Shown here: positions 1 through 12,700 of the stretch, one piece after another
Position numbering within the stretch: position 1 is the first letter of the stretch
How the letters are laid out: each line of letters begins with the position of its first letter
NCBI GenBank assembly: GCA_964035545.1
Contig: OZ037765.1
Coordinates: 2,356,001-2,420,000, forward strand
Source: Bugula neritina
Taxonomy: Eukaryota; Animalia; Bryozoa
DNA length: 64,000 nt
Reading direction: 5' to 3'
Notes under the pieces: model-generated
The model's input: the letters and a program-made list of their open reading frames with translations, nothing else
Told to the model about the DNA's origin: nothing
Databases searched by the model: none
Position numbers and translations under genes: made by a program

Positions 1-1161
1 ATTTTGTTGAACTGTGAATTTGTTTTCCCTTATTAAACTTGTGGACATTAGATTTTAGGTGAAATTTGAGACTATATCATCAAATAAGCCATCTGAACAT
101 AATTAACTTAGGCCTTAGGCAATGAGATGAGATTTCAAACATATTAATCTAGAGTATATTTAATGCACTCTCAACTATATGCATTTATTATACAATTAAC
201 AATTGGCAGAGACTCGAACATTAGATGAATAAAATTGCATTTTATCAGCAAACGCTAATGTAATATATACTTCACTCAGACAGTGAATTGATTACTGTGA
301 ACTGGCATCTCATTTTAGATACTGCTAGAACTTACAACTTTAAACTTACAGCAGTCCTGCTTTAAAGGCATTGTTTTTGTTACAGTTTAGCCAGTTTAAT
401 TTGGATTATTTTATGGCCATTTTGGACGGTTTGTTTTTGTTGGAAACTCTGCCACAGGCCATGAGTAATGATTATAGTCTATAATAATTGCCAGCTTTAC
501 CCTCTTGAGTTGCATAACAAAAGCAAATTAGACATTGTTCCAAGTATTAGCTTCAATGCTGTGTAGTTGTAGCATGTTGGTTGGTGAGTAGCAGTCTGCT
601 AGCAGAGGGAACATGCTTAGTCATATGTTAGGTTACGAGAGGGGATTAGCTCAACTGTCTACTTTTGTAATATGTCAAATAAATACTGCCGTCTTAGTGA
701 TCTAGGAGTATGTAAACTACTACTCTCAAGTGTTGATAATGTGTTAATACTGGCTCAGTTCTACTAAGAATAAATGCCGAGAGTCACTTCTGTGATGGGC
801 AGAAAGTGATTTGTTATGTTGGGAGGAGTGGGAGGTTGACAACAAATGGAACTCATCTTTACTGAATATTTTGTAAACTTGGCACTATGTATAATTTCTA
901 ATCTGTGAGTGACAAACTACTTCATGGATATTTAAGCACATCAGCTTTACACATTATTGAAAATGGGATATTGTGATGGAATTTAAATGTTCCTCCTGTG
1001 CATTTCTAGAATCAAACTTGGGTTTTGACTCCTTCTGTTATATATGATATATGCAACATTCACATGTACATTACCATGTAATAGTGATTACCAGCTGATG
1101 CTAGAATGTACTAGAACATACTAGAGTATAGTGTATGCTATAGTAATTGATGGTGTTTTAG

Positions 1162-4100
1162 TGGAGACCTTCCTTTACCAGACAAGGCTGCCGATTGTCT
1201 CTCCAAAGCTGCTGAGGCAGCGTCTAACATCAATGCACTGCTGATAGCTAAAGGCAAGCTCACCCCCTCTCAAGTAGGAAGGTCTGCCGGCAAGAAGGTA
1301 GTTTGTTTTGTGAAATATGTGTTGTTAGTTTACCACTAGCTCATTCCATGCTACTCTGTTCAATATCTGACTCTTATTTCTGTCTGGAATAGACTCAGGT
1401 TGTGAAGAAGTTTGATGCAGAGGTGGAGATCAATGATGCCCCCTTAATATGTAGAGATATTCTTGGGAAGAATGCTAAGCAAGAAGAGGTTAGTGGCGGA
1501 GTGGTTTATTAACCCACACCTCTGAGTGGGAGTTTCCATGCTGTTATAAATAGTTCCAGTGTTGTTTATTTGGCACTGAAACAGTATTTAATCTTACCTA
1601 CTGTATCGTGTTGTGAAGGTAATTACTATGTTGCATGCATCCTGTTATTCAGTTGTGAAATATACACGCATGTGTTTTATAAACAATGCTGGGTTGTTCT
1701 GCTCTAATAGACATAGCTGTATGCAGTGGAACTAAATGCGTTATTTGTATTTAGATTTCCAAGAAATCTGGAGCCTTTATATCTACTAAAGGTAGATACT
1801 TGAAACCAGAGCAAAGGGCACTGGCAATCAATAGCAGGTGAGTGAAGAGACCTGCCTTTCATATGCAGGCTCACCTGCAGGCATGTGTCAACTATAAGCA
1901 ATGTGACAATCTAGCCACTTCCTGCTTTTAATTCACCAATAATAAGGTCACATGTTTTGTCCTGATAACAAGCTCAGGCTATCATATACACTGGACTGTA
2001 GTTCAACGCCCCGCTGTCCACGCCACTTTAATATCAAGAAACTAGACTATTATTCTATTGAACGTCTGTTTCAGGGAGAGACCCCTCTACTTGTATATTC
2101 AGGCAGAGACGGAGGAGAACGTACAACGTGAGTGTAAAGTTATTACTGGCACAAAGTCTAGCACACGTCACTCCAGTGTATACTGTATAGTCTAGCACAC
2201 GTCACTCTAGCGTGTACTGTATAGTCTAGCACACGTCACTCTAGCGTGTACTGTATAGTTTAGCATACTTCACTCTAGTGTATACTGTATAGTCTAGCAT
2301 ACTTCACTCTAGTGTATACTGTATAGTCTAGCACATGTCACTCTAGTGTATACTATAGTGTTTACCAGCATCATAGTCCAGCTTGTATCCCCAGCATAGC
2401 TCCTAGTGAATTACCAGACTAGTTAATCTAATATAAAACTCCACCCAGTATGCTATATGCATCTCAAACTGACACTAGAGATATCCATCTAACTGTATAT
2501 ACACTATATACTAACTGTTTATTACACTTCACACCCACTCTATTCACACCCTTGTCAAGTATATCATTCAGTTCATATGCTGAGATAAATCTATCAAATA
2601 TCTACTTTCTATACTCGATTCTCAGTGCCTTTACTTGTCAAATACTACCCTGTCACAATCACACTTTGGCATATATAGTCAAGCTCTGTCAAACTTGGTC
2701 ACACTCTGTCAAACATAGTCACACTCTTGGGTCACACTGCAACAGTGTCTACTGTTTATGCTGCCAGGTGCTGTGTCAGAGATCAACCAGGTGATACTCA
2801 AACATGGAGGGATTGTCAACCAGACCAGAGGCAGCACCATATCTGTAGCTGCTCCTTCCTTTGGCTATCAGAACCAAATACCCATCAATGTAGCTTCAGA
2901 TCCTCAGCTGGACCGAGTCAGCAACGGGCTGTCTATGCTCCCCCCTCCACAGCAGCCGGACCTCAGCCAACCTCCTCCCAACGCATTTATCTCAGCTCAA
3001 CAGAATGCTGCCACATCAATGCTGACTTCCACCCAGGTGAGTGTCTCAGGTGGTGCCGCACAGTGTTGGTATGTCTACAGTGCAGTGCAGTCAGTAGTAT
3101 ATGTTTACTCACATACCATCATAACGTATACAATGCTATACATTGCATACTCACTGCATTATTACATATATTACATGTATTCACTACTCACTTATATTAC
3201 ATGTATTTCAGATGCAGTTTATAGAGGCTAAGATGTTTATCGGGCTGGAGCACGCCCCTCCTGAGTTTGATGTTCGCAACAAGATTCTTGGCTCGGAGGT
3301 GAATATGATATTTACAGCGTACTGTATTTCCTCCTTTCTGTTGCAGTTCCCTCAACCTTTAAGCTCTGTTCTCTCATTGTATAGGGGAGTTTCCTTCAAC
3401 ACATACACAGCACGTCGGGGGCAGTCGTAACTCTCAGGGGACGTAACTCCGGATATCTGAACCCCGAGACAGCTCAGGAGTCTGTAGAACCCATGCACAT
3501 TCATCTCAAGTATGTTCTTCTACTCTAGGAGTTTTCCTCACCTGAACATGTACTGGCTTTTGGCTGAGATGAATACAACCTTTCGTTTGGAAAACTTCTA
3601 TTTTGTGTGTAGCATTTTGCCGGAAGTTGAATGCGTCACTGTTGACCTTTACTGTGACCTTCATCTGAATAGCTGGTTTCATTTTTTATAAAATTGTTAG
3701 TTTGATTGAATATGCCCGGCCAGAGTTGAAGTTTTGATAGTAATATTGATATATTGATAGTAATATTGATATATTGATAGTAATATTGATATATTGATGG
3801 TTATATTGATATATTGATAGTAATATTGATATATTGATGGTAATATTGATATATTGCTAGTAATATTGATATATTGATATATTGATGGTAATATTGATAT
3901 ATCGATAGTAATATTGATATATTGATGGTTATATTGATATATTGATAGTAATATTGATATATTGATAGTAATATTGATATATCGATAGGCACATGACGAA
4001 TGACGGTTTGGAACAGGCGAAAAGTTTGGCTAATCATCTGATAAAAACAGTAAGTTTTGATTTATTGTTCTTCTCAATTTTGTGTTGTAAGCTGTGATAT

Positions 4101-7100
4101 ATGCAAACATATTGCCAATATTCTTTGAACATATTTTTTCCTCTTTTACATGGAATTAAATTGTGTCTATCAGAAGTTGTGTTTCATCATGTTTCATGCG
4201 TTTAGCTTAGTGTGCCTAGCATGCTCATGTTGGCTGTTGGTGTATTACTAAGTTCCATGTTCGGCTCATGTATCGAACAGAAGGTGTATTGAAATGGTGT
4301 GAGCAAAAGTTTACATCCCTTTGTTGATGGTAAAGTTGGCCGAGTTACTCTTTTTCTATTGGCTGAGTCACACATGCTTGGTGATATATGCAGAAGGGCT
4401 GTGACCTAGTGTGCTGTTGGTATCTATTGGGTCACACAGGGTTTATCTCCCCTGTTTTATCAAATACAAGTCATGTGACAGTATGCCAATTGAAAAAAGT
4501 TACGGCAGGTTGTCAACTTCACTACCATCAAAGTGGATTGTCATTATTTCCCTTCAAACAAGTATAATACCTTGTAATTTCACTTTGTAATATTCTCTCT
4601 AACTTGTTACTCTATCACCAAGCTGAGTTGTATGCTGCTTTTTATTATGTAATGTCTGTTGGACTTGTATGTTGAAAGTTTCACATTTCTTAGATAATAT
4701 GATTATGTTTTCTTGAACAATTTGAATTCATATGATCTGTGATTATGTTCATTTTGCATGTGTTGATATATTATGGAGTGATTTAAGCAGATTAAAGTAA
4801 CATTTTTATTCTTGTTTTTCATTGCCTTAGTTTTGATGGAAGAAACCAACGATAAACAAGAAGCTGGAATAAACATAGTTTTTGTGTTTTTAAAATTTTC
4901 ACAGCTTACTTGAATTTCATGGTTGCTTGTTTCAAAATGATTTATTTATCTTTGGAAATGATTGTATCATAAATGTATGCTTAAAACATCACCATGAAAT
5001 CTGCTTCATTTGTGAGCGAAATAGCTAAATGTCGGTTTTTATCTTAGCCAGCTAAAAAAATTTTTGGGGATAGAAATGTGTTGCTCAATAATTAGTCTTA
5101 AAAAATTCACCTGATGTTATTCAGGTGCTGTCTCAAAAATGACATGCTAAGCAGGTGCTCTTTCTGTAAATTGTCATGCTAAGTAAGTGTCTCGTGAGGG
5201 ATGACATGCTAGACAGGTTCTCTCCTTAAGAGAGAATTCTTGACGTTATATCTATGAACGTACTCTTTCTGAAAGGTGACATACTAAGCAGGTACTCACT
5301 ATGATATGACATGCTAGGCAGGTGCTTTCTCCAGAAGCGTGACATGTCAGGGCAGGTGTACCTCAAGGTGGGCCTGCCCTCTTTATTTTCACTTCTTTAA
5401 TCTCTTCAGGTACAGGAAGACTATTCACAATTTCAACGACATCTTGCGTTGCAACCTCCTGTTGCGCTGTCACACCAAGCTGGTCATTCAGCTGTTCCAC
5501 TGTTGGCTAGGCAGCAGAGTAAGTGCAGTACCTACTCGTAGTAAGCTCACTCTACTTGGTAACATGCTCCACGCTGCTCTTTTGTAGGGGACGGTACCCT
5601 CCCCCCCGCACTCTATCGTCTAGATGCAGAGACCGACTATCCGCTCTGCTTTCACTAATCTCACTTTATTCTATTGTAGATGTCCCTGTCACTAAACCAG
5701 TTCAATAGGTCAATAGTTCAATAGGTCAATAGTATCCCGTATTTATCTGTAGCAGTTGAATAGATCACATACCAGTATTCTTACAAATGATTACTAGCAG
5801 AGTTCTGTTAGTATAAGTTGTTAGTATTGGCAGTATTTATTAGTAATTATACTGTTAGTAATTATACTGTTAGTAACTGTACTATCAGTAATTAAACTAT
5901 CAGTCACTACACTTTATAAGTAACTGCACTATGTATACTAATTAGACTGTAAGTAGTTATAATGTGTATATGTTTACTGTCGGTAACTACACTATGAATA
6001 GATGTACTACCAGTAGAGTAACTATCACTGCCGTTGATACTAATTACTAGTACCTGACACTAATACTAGTACTGTACTAGTAATACTAACTACTAGTACT
6101 AATGATTCATCTGGTAAGTATGTCCCTATTCAAATGATTGGGCTGGTTTAGTGACGCAACATCTGCCTCCTTAGCTGACTCTCAAACTTCCTGTTTGTGT
6201 TGTAGATGGCACCACCTCTGTGATAGGGTTTCAGACGCCGGAGCAACAGGGTGAGTTACTCTCACATATACTATTGGAGCTGCTTTAGAAATCTGCATTC
6301 TGTGTTGAGTGATGTAGAGATGTATTCTGTATGACCACAAAGTGTAGAGATATATTCTGTATGACCACACAGTGTAGCAGTGTATTCTGTATGACAAGGT
6401 ATAGCAGGTGTTTCAATGTGTTTGTAGTAATGATAAGCTCCTCCTCTGCTCCCCTGTCCATCGTGATGTCACAGGGACCAGCCAATCACCTGCCTAGTTA
6501 CAGTCTAGCCAGACCTCCTACGTATGTGCAGGCCGTGCCGCCCATGCACCCAGTCACCTCAGGACTCATGGCTCGTAAACCTGTCGGCTACAACAGTTTC
6601 ACCTCTCAGGGCGTGGAAATTGTACATGAAACTCTGCCGGTATCGCGACCTTTGACCTCTATACAGCCTTTCAATGGAGAGATGATGCCCCAGAACAGAC
6701 CCCTTATAGCCGCCCCTTCACATGAGCTGAGTCTGAAGGGCAGGTCAGCGTCTAATGTGCTGCTGACAGAAGCACCGGCGACAGCGCCCATTCACGCCCA
6801 CGTGGTGAGTCAGCCGCTGGAGCTAGTGAAGGCTCCGACAGCGGTGCCGGTCAGTCTGCATCTTGTGCAGTCAGAAGTAGCCTACCAGTCTGTGCCGCAG
6901 TCAGTGTTGGCAGCTTCAGCTGCCGTCTCTACGCCTCTGGTGCCTCACGCTCTGTCCAATCAGCCTCCTCCATCTCTCATAGCCAACCACCTGCCTGTGA
7001 TGACGAGTCAGCCGCTGCCCCCGACAGTCACCTCACTCCCCCCTCCAGCCATTGTCAAGAGTTTGCCCCCTCCGGTGATGAGCAACTTGCCACCCCCAGC

Positions 7101-9144
7101 GATCCTCACCAGTCACCCTCCCCCTGTTCTCCCCAGTCATCCCCCTCCAGGGGCTCCTGGACATCCCCCTCCTATGTTAGCCAATCACCCGCCGCCACCT
7201 GTCAACACTAGTCAGCCTCCCCCCTCCCTGGTCATAGCCAACCACCCCCCTCACCCTGTCATCACCAGTCATCCGCCTCCAGTTATGGCTAGCCAGGCGC
7301 TGCCGGAGTCTAGACTGGTGTTTGTGAGTCAGTCACAGCCGCTGACGGAAGTGTCACAGATTCCTGTGTTCAGTGTACCCGCGTCACAGCCCACAATCTC
7401 GGTGAGTGATGTCATTCTTGGCTGCTAGTTGTGAATGTTGGTGTAATTGTCTGTTCCTTCATATTTTCCTTATCATTAGATCTTTAAAAATATATCTAAA
7501 TGCCCATAAAATATATATCACAATGTATTTGAAGCACACTGTAACTCAGGATTTAATTTTTTAGTAATTATATCTCTGCCTTGCGTACATTTAGTAAATA
7601 CTTTTAATGGTGTAAAAATCTGTGGTTAAAGACCTTTGAGATAAAAGTTTTCAGTTTAAGGTCAGTTTCCAGGATATAATCTTGGGTTGTGTTGAACATG
7701 TCATACGAATTACCAGTTACCTCCTAGAGTTATCTGCTCTTAGATTCCGCCCTCCGAGACAGTAGCCTACATAGTGCAGTCCCAGCCCGTGGAGACTCAG
7801 CTGGTGTGTATAGACCAGCCAGACATGAGCATCCCGCCTCCCTCTGCCGTGCTCACCGAGCAACCTCCACCACACCAGCCTCTCCAGCCAGTGGCTCTTA
7901 ACGAGTTTGGACATCCTGTAGAGGTTGTTGAATTGGCTTCCCATCACCAGCCTGTGGTCCATCTCCAGCCAACGTCGTCTAATGGGCCGGGGGCTATGAT
8001 GCCCAGCCTGATGGACCCGGAGTTGGGAGACTCAGCTAGTCATGTGATTGGTCGTAGACCGCTATCGGCTCTCGCACCCCTGGAGGTATGTTTAGTGTCC
8101 TCTATGTTATACTCTATATTATACTCTATATTATACTGCATATACTCTATATTATACAGTATATACTCTATATTATACAGTATATACTCTATATTATACT
8201 CTATATTATACAGTATATACTCTATATTATACAGTATATACTCTATATTATACTCTATATTATACAGTATATACTCTATATTATACAGTATATACTCTAT
8301 ATTATACTCTATATTATACAGCATATACTCTATATTATACAGTATATACTCTATATTATACTCCATGTATTATATTCTATATTATTACTATGAATACATG
8401 CTGGTGTTGAATGTTCAACTACTGGACTATTACAGCCGCCACCTCATTTAGCTGACGGATATCGAAGTAGCAAGAGGAGTTACTCCGAATATGATCAGTA
8501 TTACTCTATGGCAGGGGAGCACAGGCTACCGTATAAGGGGTCGGGACGGCCTTACTCTGCCATCACACCCTCACCACCTACATCCCCAAATAGCATACTA
8601 GGTTTGTCAGCTATACTACACGTTCTCAATTGTTGATCTACTGGAGTCATTCTATATAATAGTTAGCCATTCAATCTACACAATATACGTACTTATCATT
8701 GATCCTCGCTAGTTTTCAAAGGTCAATAAATTGTGGAAATTTCTCAGTTTGTCAGCAACTCAAATATAATTCTTTATACATTCTTCCTGTTGGATAGATT
8801 AGCTGAATCTATCAGCTGTACATATGATTATTCTATTCTCAGTTTTTAATACAAATATTCAGTATTCTGGTCGAGCTTGACGCAATATGGATTGCTTAGT
8901 CTCTTTGCAATAAACGATGTCTTTCCAGTGACTTGAGTCTAAAGTCAACTGAAGCATTTCTTTAGTCTTAGAGATGAATTTTAGTTCTGCTTGAGGTTTA
9001 ATGCAAAACTTGTTATAGAACTTTTGACTTGCTATTCTCAAGTCTTATTATTTATATTATTGTTGTTTAGGACCACCTCGACACAAGCGATGGCACAATG
9101 ACGGGCCGAGGCACGCACGCCCCCCACCTCCACCACCAGTGTAG
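1162..9144 (+). CDS. KHDC4: KH domain-containing protein 4 (BLOM7/KIAA0907), pre-mRNA splicing factor; first coding exon not identified (probably upstream of the window)
   Basis: Exons 1162-1297, 1393-1488, 1755-1837, 2075-2127, 2768-3036, 3212-3298, 3385-3509, 3989-4049, 5410-5518, 6206-6250, 6428-7401, 7744-8085, 8436-8601, 9071-9144. All GT-AG and phase-consistent, about 872 codons. Motifs AASNINALLIAKGKL, AEVEINDAPLICR, SGAFISTKGR, RPLYLYIQ, KMFIGLEHA and GSFLQHI...VTLRGRNSG...EPMHIHL match the two KH domains of KHDC4. The Pro-rich 3' exons are less certain. Confidence 0.9.
2155..2355. repeat. Minisatellite, about 34-nt unit, about 6 copies
   Basis: AGTCTAGCACACGTCACTCTAGTGTATACTGTAT repeated in a KHDC4 intron. 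Confidence 0.9.
3735..3988. repeat. Minisatellite, 20-nt unit, about 12 copies, ending at a splice acceptor
   Basis: TAATATTGATATATTGATAG repeated. Confidence 0.95.
5120..5360. repeat. Degenerate tandem repeat (TGACATGCTAAGCAGGTGCTCT core)
   Basis: About 7 diverged copies at roughly 35-nt spacing upstream of the 5410 acceptor. Confidence 0.6.
8100..8365. repeat. Minisatellite of 21-nt and 12-nt units
   Basis: TACTCTATATTATACAGTATA and TACTCTATATTA units. Confidence 0.95.
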
Positions 9145-9735
9145 AACCCGACCATCTCTAGACACTTATTTATTTTGTAAATATTTGTAATATAAAGCTC
9201 ATTGTACAGTTGTCATCATGTATGTATATAATATGCTGTGTGTAGTTAGTATTTTTTATAAAATAATAATATGTTCATTTTCAATAATAGTTGCAATATT
9301 GGCTGAGATATGACATAAAAGGTAAAACTAACTGAACAATTCTTTCCAATTATGTAGACAACAGTACCACATGATACGAACATGCTAAACACTTTCCAGA
9401 GTGGTCATTGGCTAAATATTAACGTGGAGTTGTGCTACTTAGCATTGCAGACACTCGAGGACGGAATATTTGCGACAAAAAAGAAAATATAAAAAGCTAT
9501 GCATGGCTGCACAGTTTAAAACTCATTGAGATAATAGAGAAATTCTTTGGTTACATCTGGACAGAATTGTGTTGAAAATACTCACAAAATTTCTTAGTTA
9601 CACAGAAAGAATATAAATGCACGAATAACGCACACAATACTCTACAAAGCAGCATTTGTAATATTAATTTCTTGGAATGAAAAATAAATTGATGAAACTT
9701 GAAGATTGCGTATAATTTGTGCAAATTGTTGACAC

Positions 9736-12700
9736 TCATGGCTGATTAAACACAAATATTTCTGAGCTGTCGTAGGCTGTAACAGCAAAGGATGTGCCGG
9801 CAGCGTCCAGGAATCTGGCACCCACCAGCTGGTGGTCTATAATACTCTCAGCGAATAGATGGCTCACCTAGAATATAGAAACGCAAGTCTACCAAAGATA
9901 ATGTGTCAAAACTGTGCCTTTCCAACGAAGTAGCATTTGGGCAGTTTGTTTACATATGGAAATCTCTTTTAATAGTTACATATATGTGAAGCCTGAGCAA
10001 TAAAAGCTGGCACATGGGAAAAGTATTGCTTTCCATGGCAACTAGGGCTAATCAAGAGAAAGCAACTCCTATAACGGTGAACTGTAAATGGAATTTATAC
10101 CATTATTTACAGCAGCTAAAAGGAGTTGATATGCTGTTCAACTACCCGATGTGGAGTTACATAATAGTATACTACTGACCTCAACACTGCTACCAGATTG
10201 GAATTCCCAGACTCTCGCATAGCTGTCTTCACTAACTGATACACACTGCAACAATATATTAGTAGAATCATTATTTAAGGCTATGGATAAATATAAGTGT
10301 AGGGAGCAGTTAGAGTGCAGTGCTGTAGTTGTTGGATTGTTGGCTTAGTAAACACAGGTCATGGGTTCGAGTCCAGGGGTGATGTTAGGAAGAGTATTCA
10401 GTCATAATTGCTTCTGTGACACATTTAAAAATAAGTCCTTAGTCCAATTTTAAAAAAACCTTTCCATCAGGGGGTTCTCACAGGGATGGTAACTATAAAC
10501 TTGCATGAATTTTTTATAACATTAAACTGTGTATATTCATCCAATGCTACTAGCATTAGCAATGCAGGTATAAACACAATTAACACCAATTAAACTAAAC
10601 ACTGTAAATGTTTGCACACATTGGGACAAAAGTTGCTGACATTTTAAACATGACATGTTTGCTTGCTTGGCATCAGTCATAGCTAGTTTTGCTGATCAGT
10701 ATTTTCAGTTGCACTATAAAAAGCACACAATGCATATAGATACTTGGGCTTTAGTCAATATTGAGTTAAAGTATCATATTTGCATGTTAGAAACAGAGCA
10801 AAGTATTTAAATGCTTTGTTTGTGTTGGTAAACTAGAAACTAGGTATTTGATAAGCTATATTCAATAAATCATGTCTAGTAAGCTGTCTGTTACTATACA
10901 AAGCATACAAACCCTGCCAGAATCTTTAGCTATATCGACAGCATTGATTGATAGGGCGTGTGCATCAATTACCCCTAAGAGGATTCCATTACTAAGGCTA
11001 TATAGTCTAAGTTCTCCATTAGAATATCTAAAAAAATCAATTTAATGATAGTTATGGCAGTTTATACTGAATAGGTCAATACTTTATGAAAACTTGTACG
11101 TAATAACTATGCTCTTTAAAATATATAATCAAAGTGACACAGCAAAAAATTCAACAGCAAAATAAACAGCATTTGCTCCATGGGGTACAAATGACTTCCA
11201 GGTTTATAAAGCTCCATGTCAACATTTAAGGAGGTTTCGTTTCCAACTTGCACCATGGATTAACTAACTGAAGTAGCATTACTAACCCGGCTACTATGAT
11301 ATTTTTCCACACAGCTAAAGTGTTACAGGGAATTCCTCTGCCTGACACAGTGTGCTCCAGCTTGAATGACGTGCCGTCAACATGTCTATGAATCACAATG
11401 TCGCCATTTTCATCAGCACTGACTAACTTATCACCTTCTGCGGCGACAGCAGTTATGGAGTGCTCATGACCTGCAATTAAGAAGAATCCCGTCTTTATAT
11501 AATTTGAAAAAATAGTACATGAAACATTTAGCGATCAATTATCGTTCCAAAAACTGTAAAACGAAATTAATTTTTCATCTCTGTCTATTAAATTGTATTT
11601 TTTTTTTCTTGTAGCTGATTTTTCAAGTTGATAATAAGTTGTTAAAAAGAATTGATTGTACTGCGAACAATTTTAGTCCGGTGATTACTTACTATTAATG
11701 CAATAACAGATATATTTATAAGACTGTATACAATGCTTTCACTACTATATATTAGATAAGAATAGAGGTGAGAATAAAAACATAAATAACGATTATAATG
11801 CAATATATTATGAACAACATTTTATTATTTTAAACATGCTTAATCTTTTACAATGCTAAAACTATTATATATAACTCAGAGCTAGTTAAAATATGGTCTT
11901 CGTATATTTCTAATTAGTAGCAGCAACAAATGAGGTATAAAATATCGTAGAGAAGGGGTATATCTTTTTAGAAAGGTCACTGATAATCAGATCTGCTTTG
12001 AGATACGGTTGACCTTGGATGAACTATTGACAGAGAAGATGCTTATTAATTTAATTAACAATAACTAAAAATGAACCTTATAATTCAATAACATCTCTGA
12101 TACAATGTGAGCAGATAGAATGTGAACTAATACTATGTGAAGATGATAATTATAGTAATTAGCTAATGTGTATGCACACTTAGTGTGTAATTATAATATA
12201 CATCAAGAGTGAGCTATACTATGCATTATCGGTCCAGGTCCAGTAATTTACCACATTGTGATGTAACATTGATTTTGAATATGAACAAAAACCCCTGGGG
12301 CAAAATTTCAGAGAATAGACACACTATCTACAAAATTACACACAAATATATCTAACTATATCGACAACCAGAAAAACCATATTTAACTTCATTCTACCTA
12401 AAGTCTTACTATAAGATAAAAGTATTGTATTGTCACATCAAGTAACCTACAAGTTTATATAAGTTGCCATGTTTCAGAGCACTTGGCAGACACCTACCAG
12501 ACAGCAAGTGTCTGACAGGTGCTCTGATCTCCTGAAATCTGTCAATCCATATTTAATTAACATACCATTCAATAGCAAAGTATAGTTTCAACTCATCACA
12601 ACACTATGTCCAAATTTTCATTAATGTTATGTCATAATAATCAATATAACAATCTTCAATCATTAGGCTAGTGTATTAAATCACAACATTAAACATATGT

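Noticed and set aside
4050-5409. Intronic H/ACA snoRNA or scaRNA (vertebrate KHDC4 hosts some)
   Set aside because: Only small local stems are visible, and I could not identify a convincing hairpin-H-hairpin-ACA layout. An Infernal/Rfam scan is needed.
8040-8451. YSIL and YNIE repeat ORFs
   Set aside because: Minisatellite read-through past the KHDC4 donor at 8085.
10302-10380. tRNA gene
   Set aside because: A B box is present but there is no proper cloverleaf, and the sequence continues into a shared SINE body.
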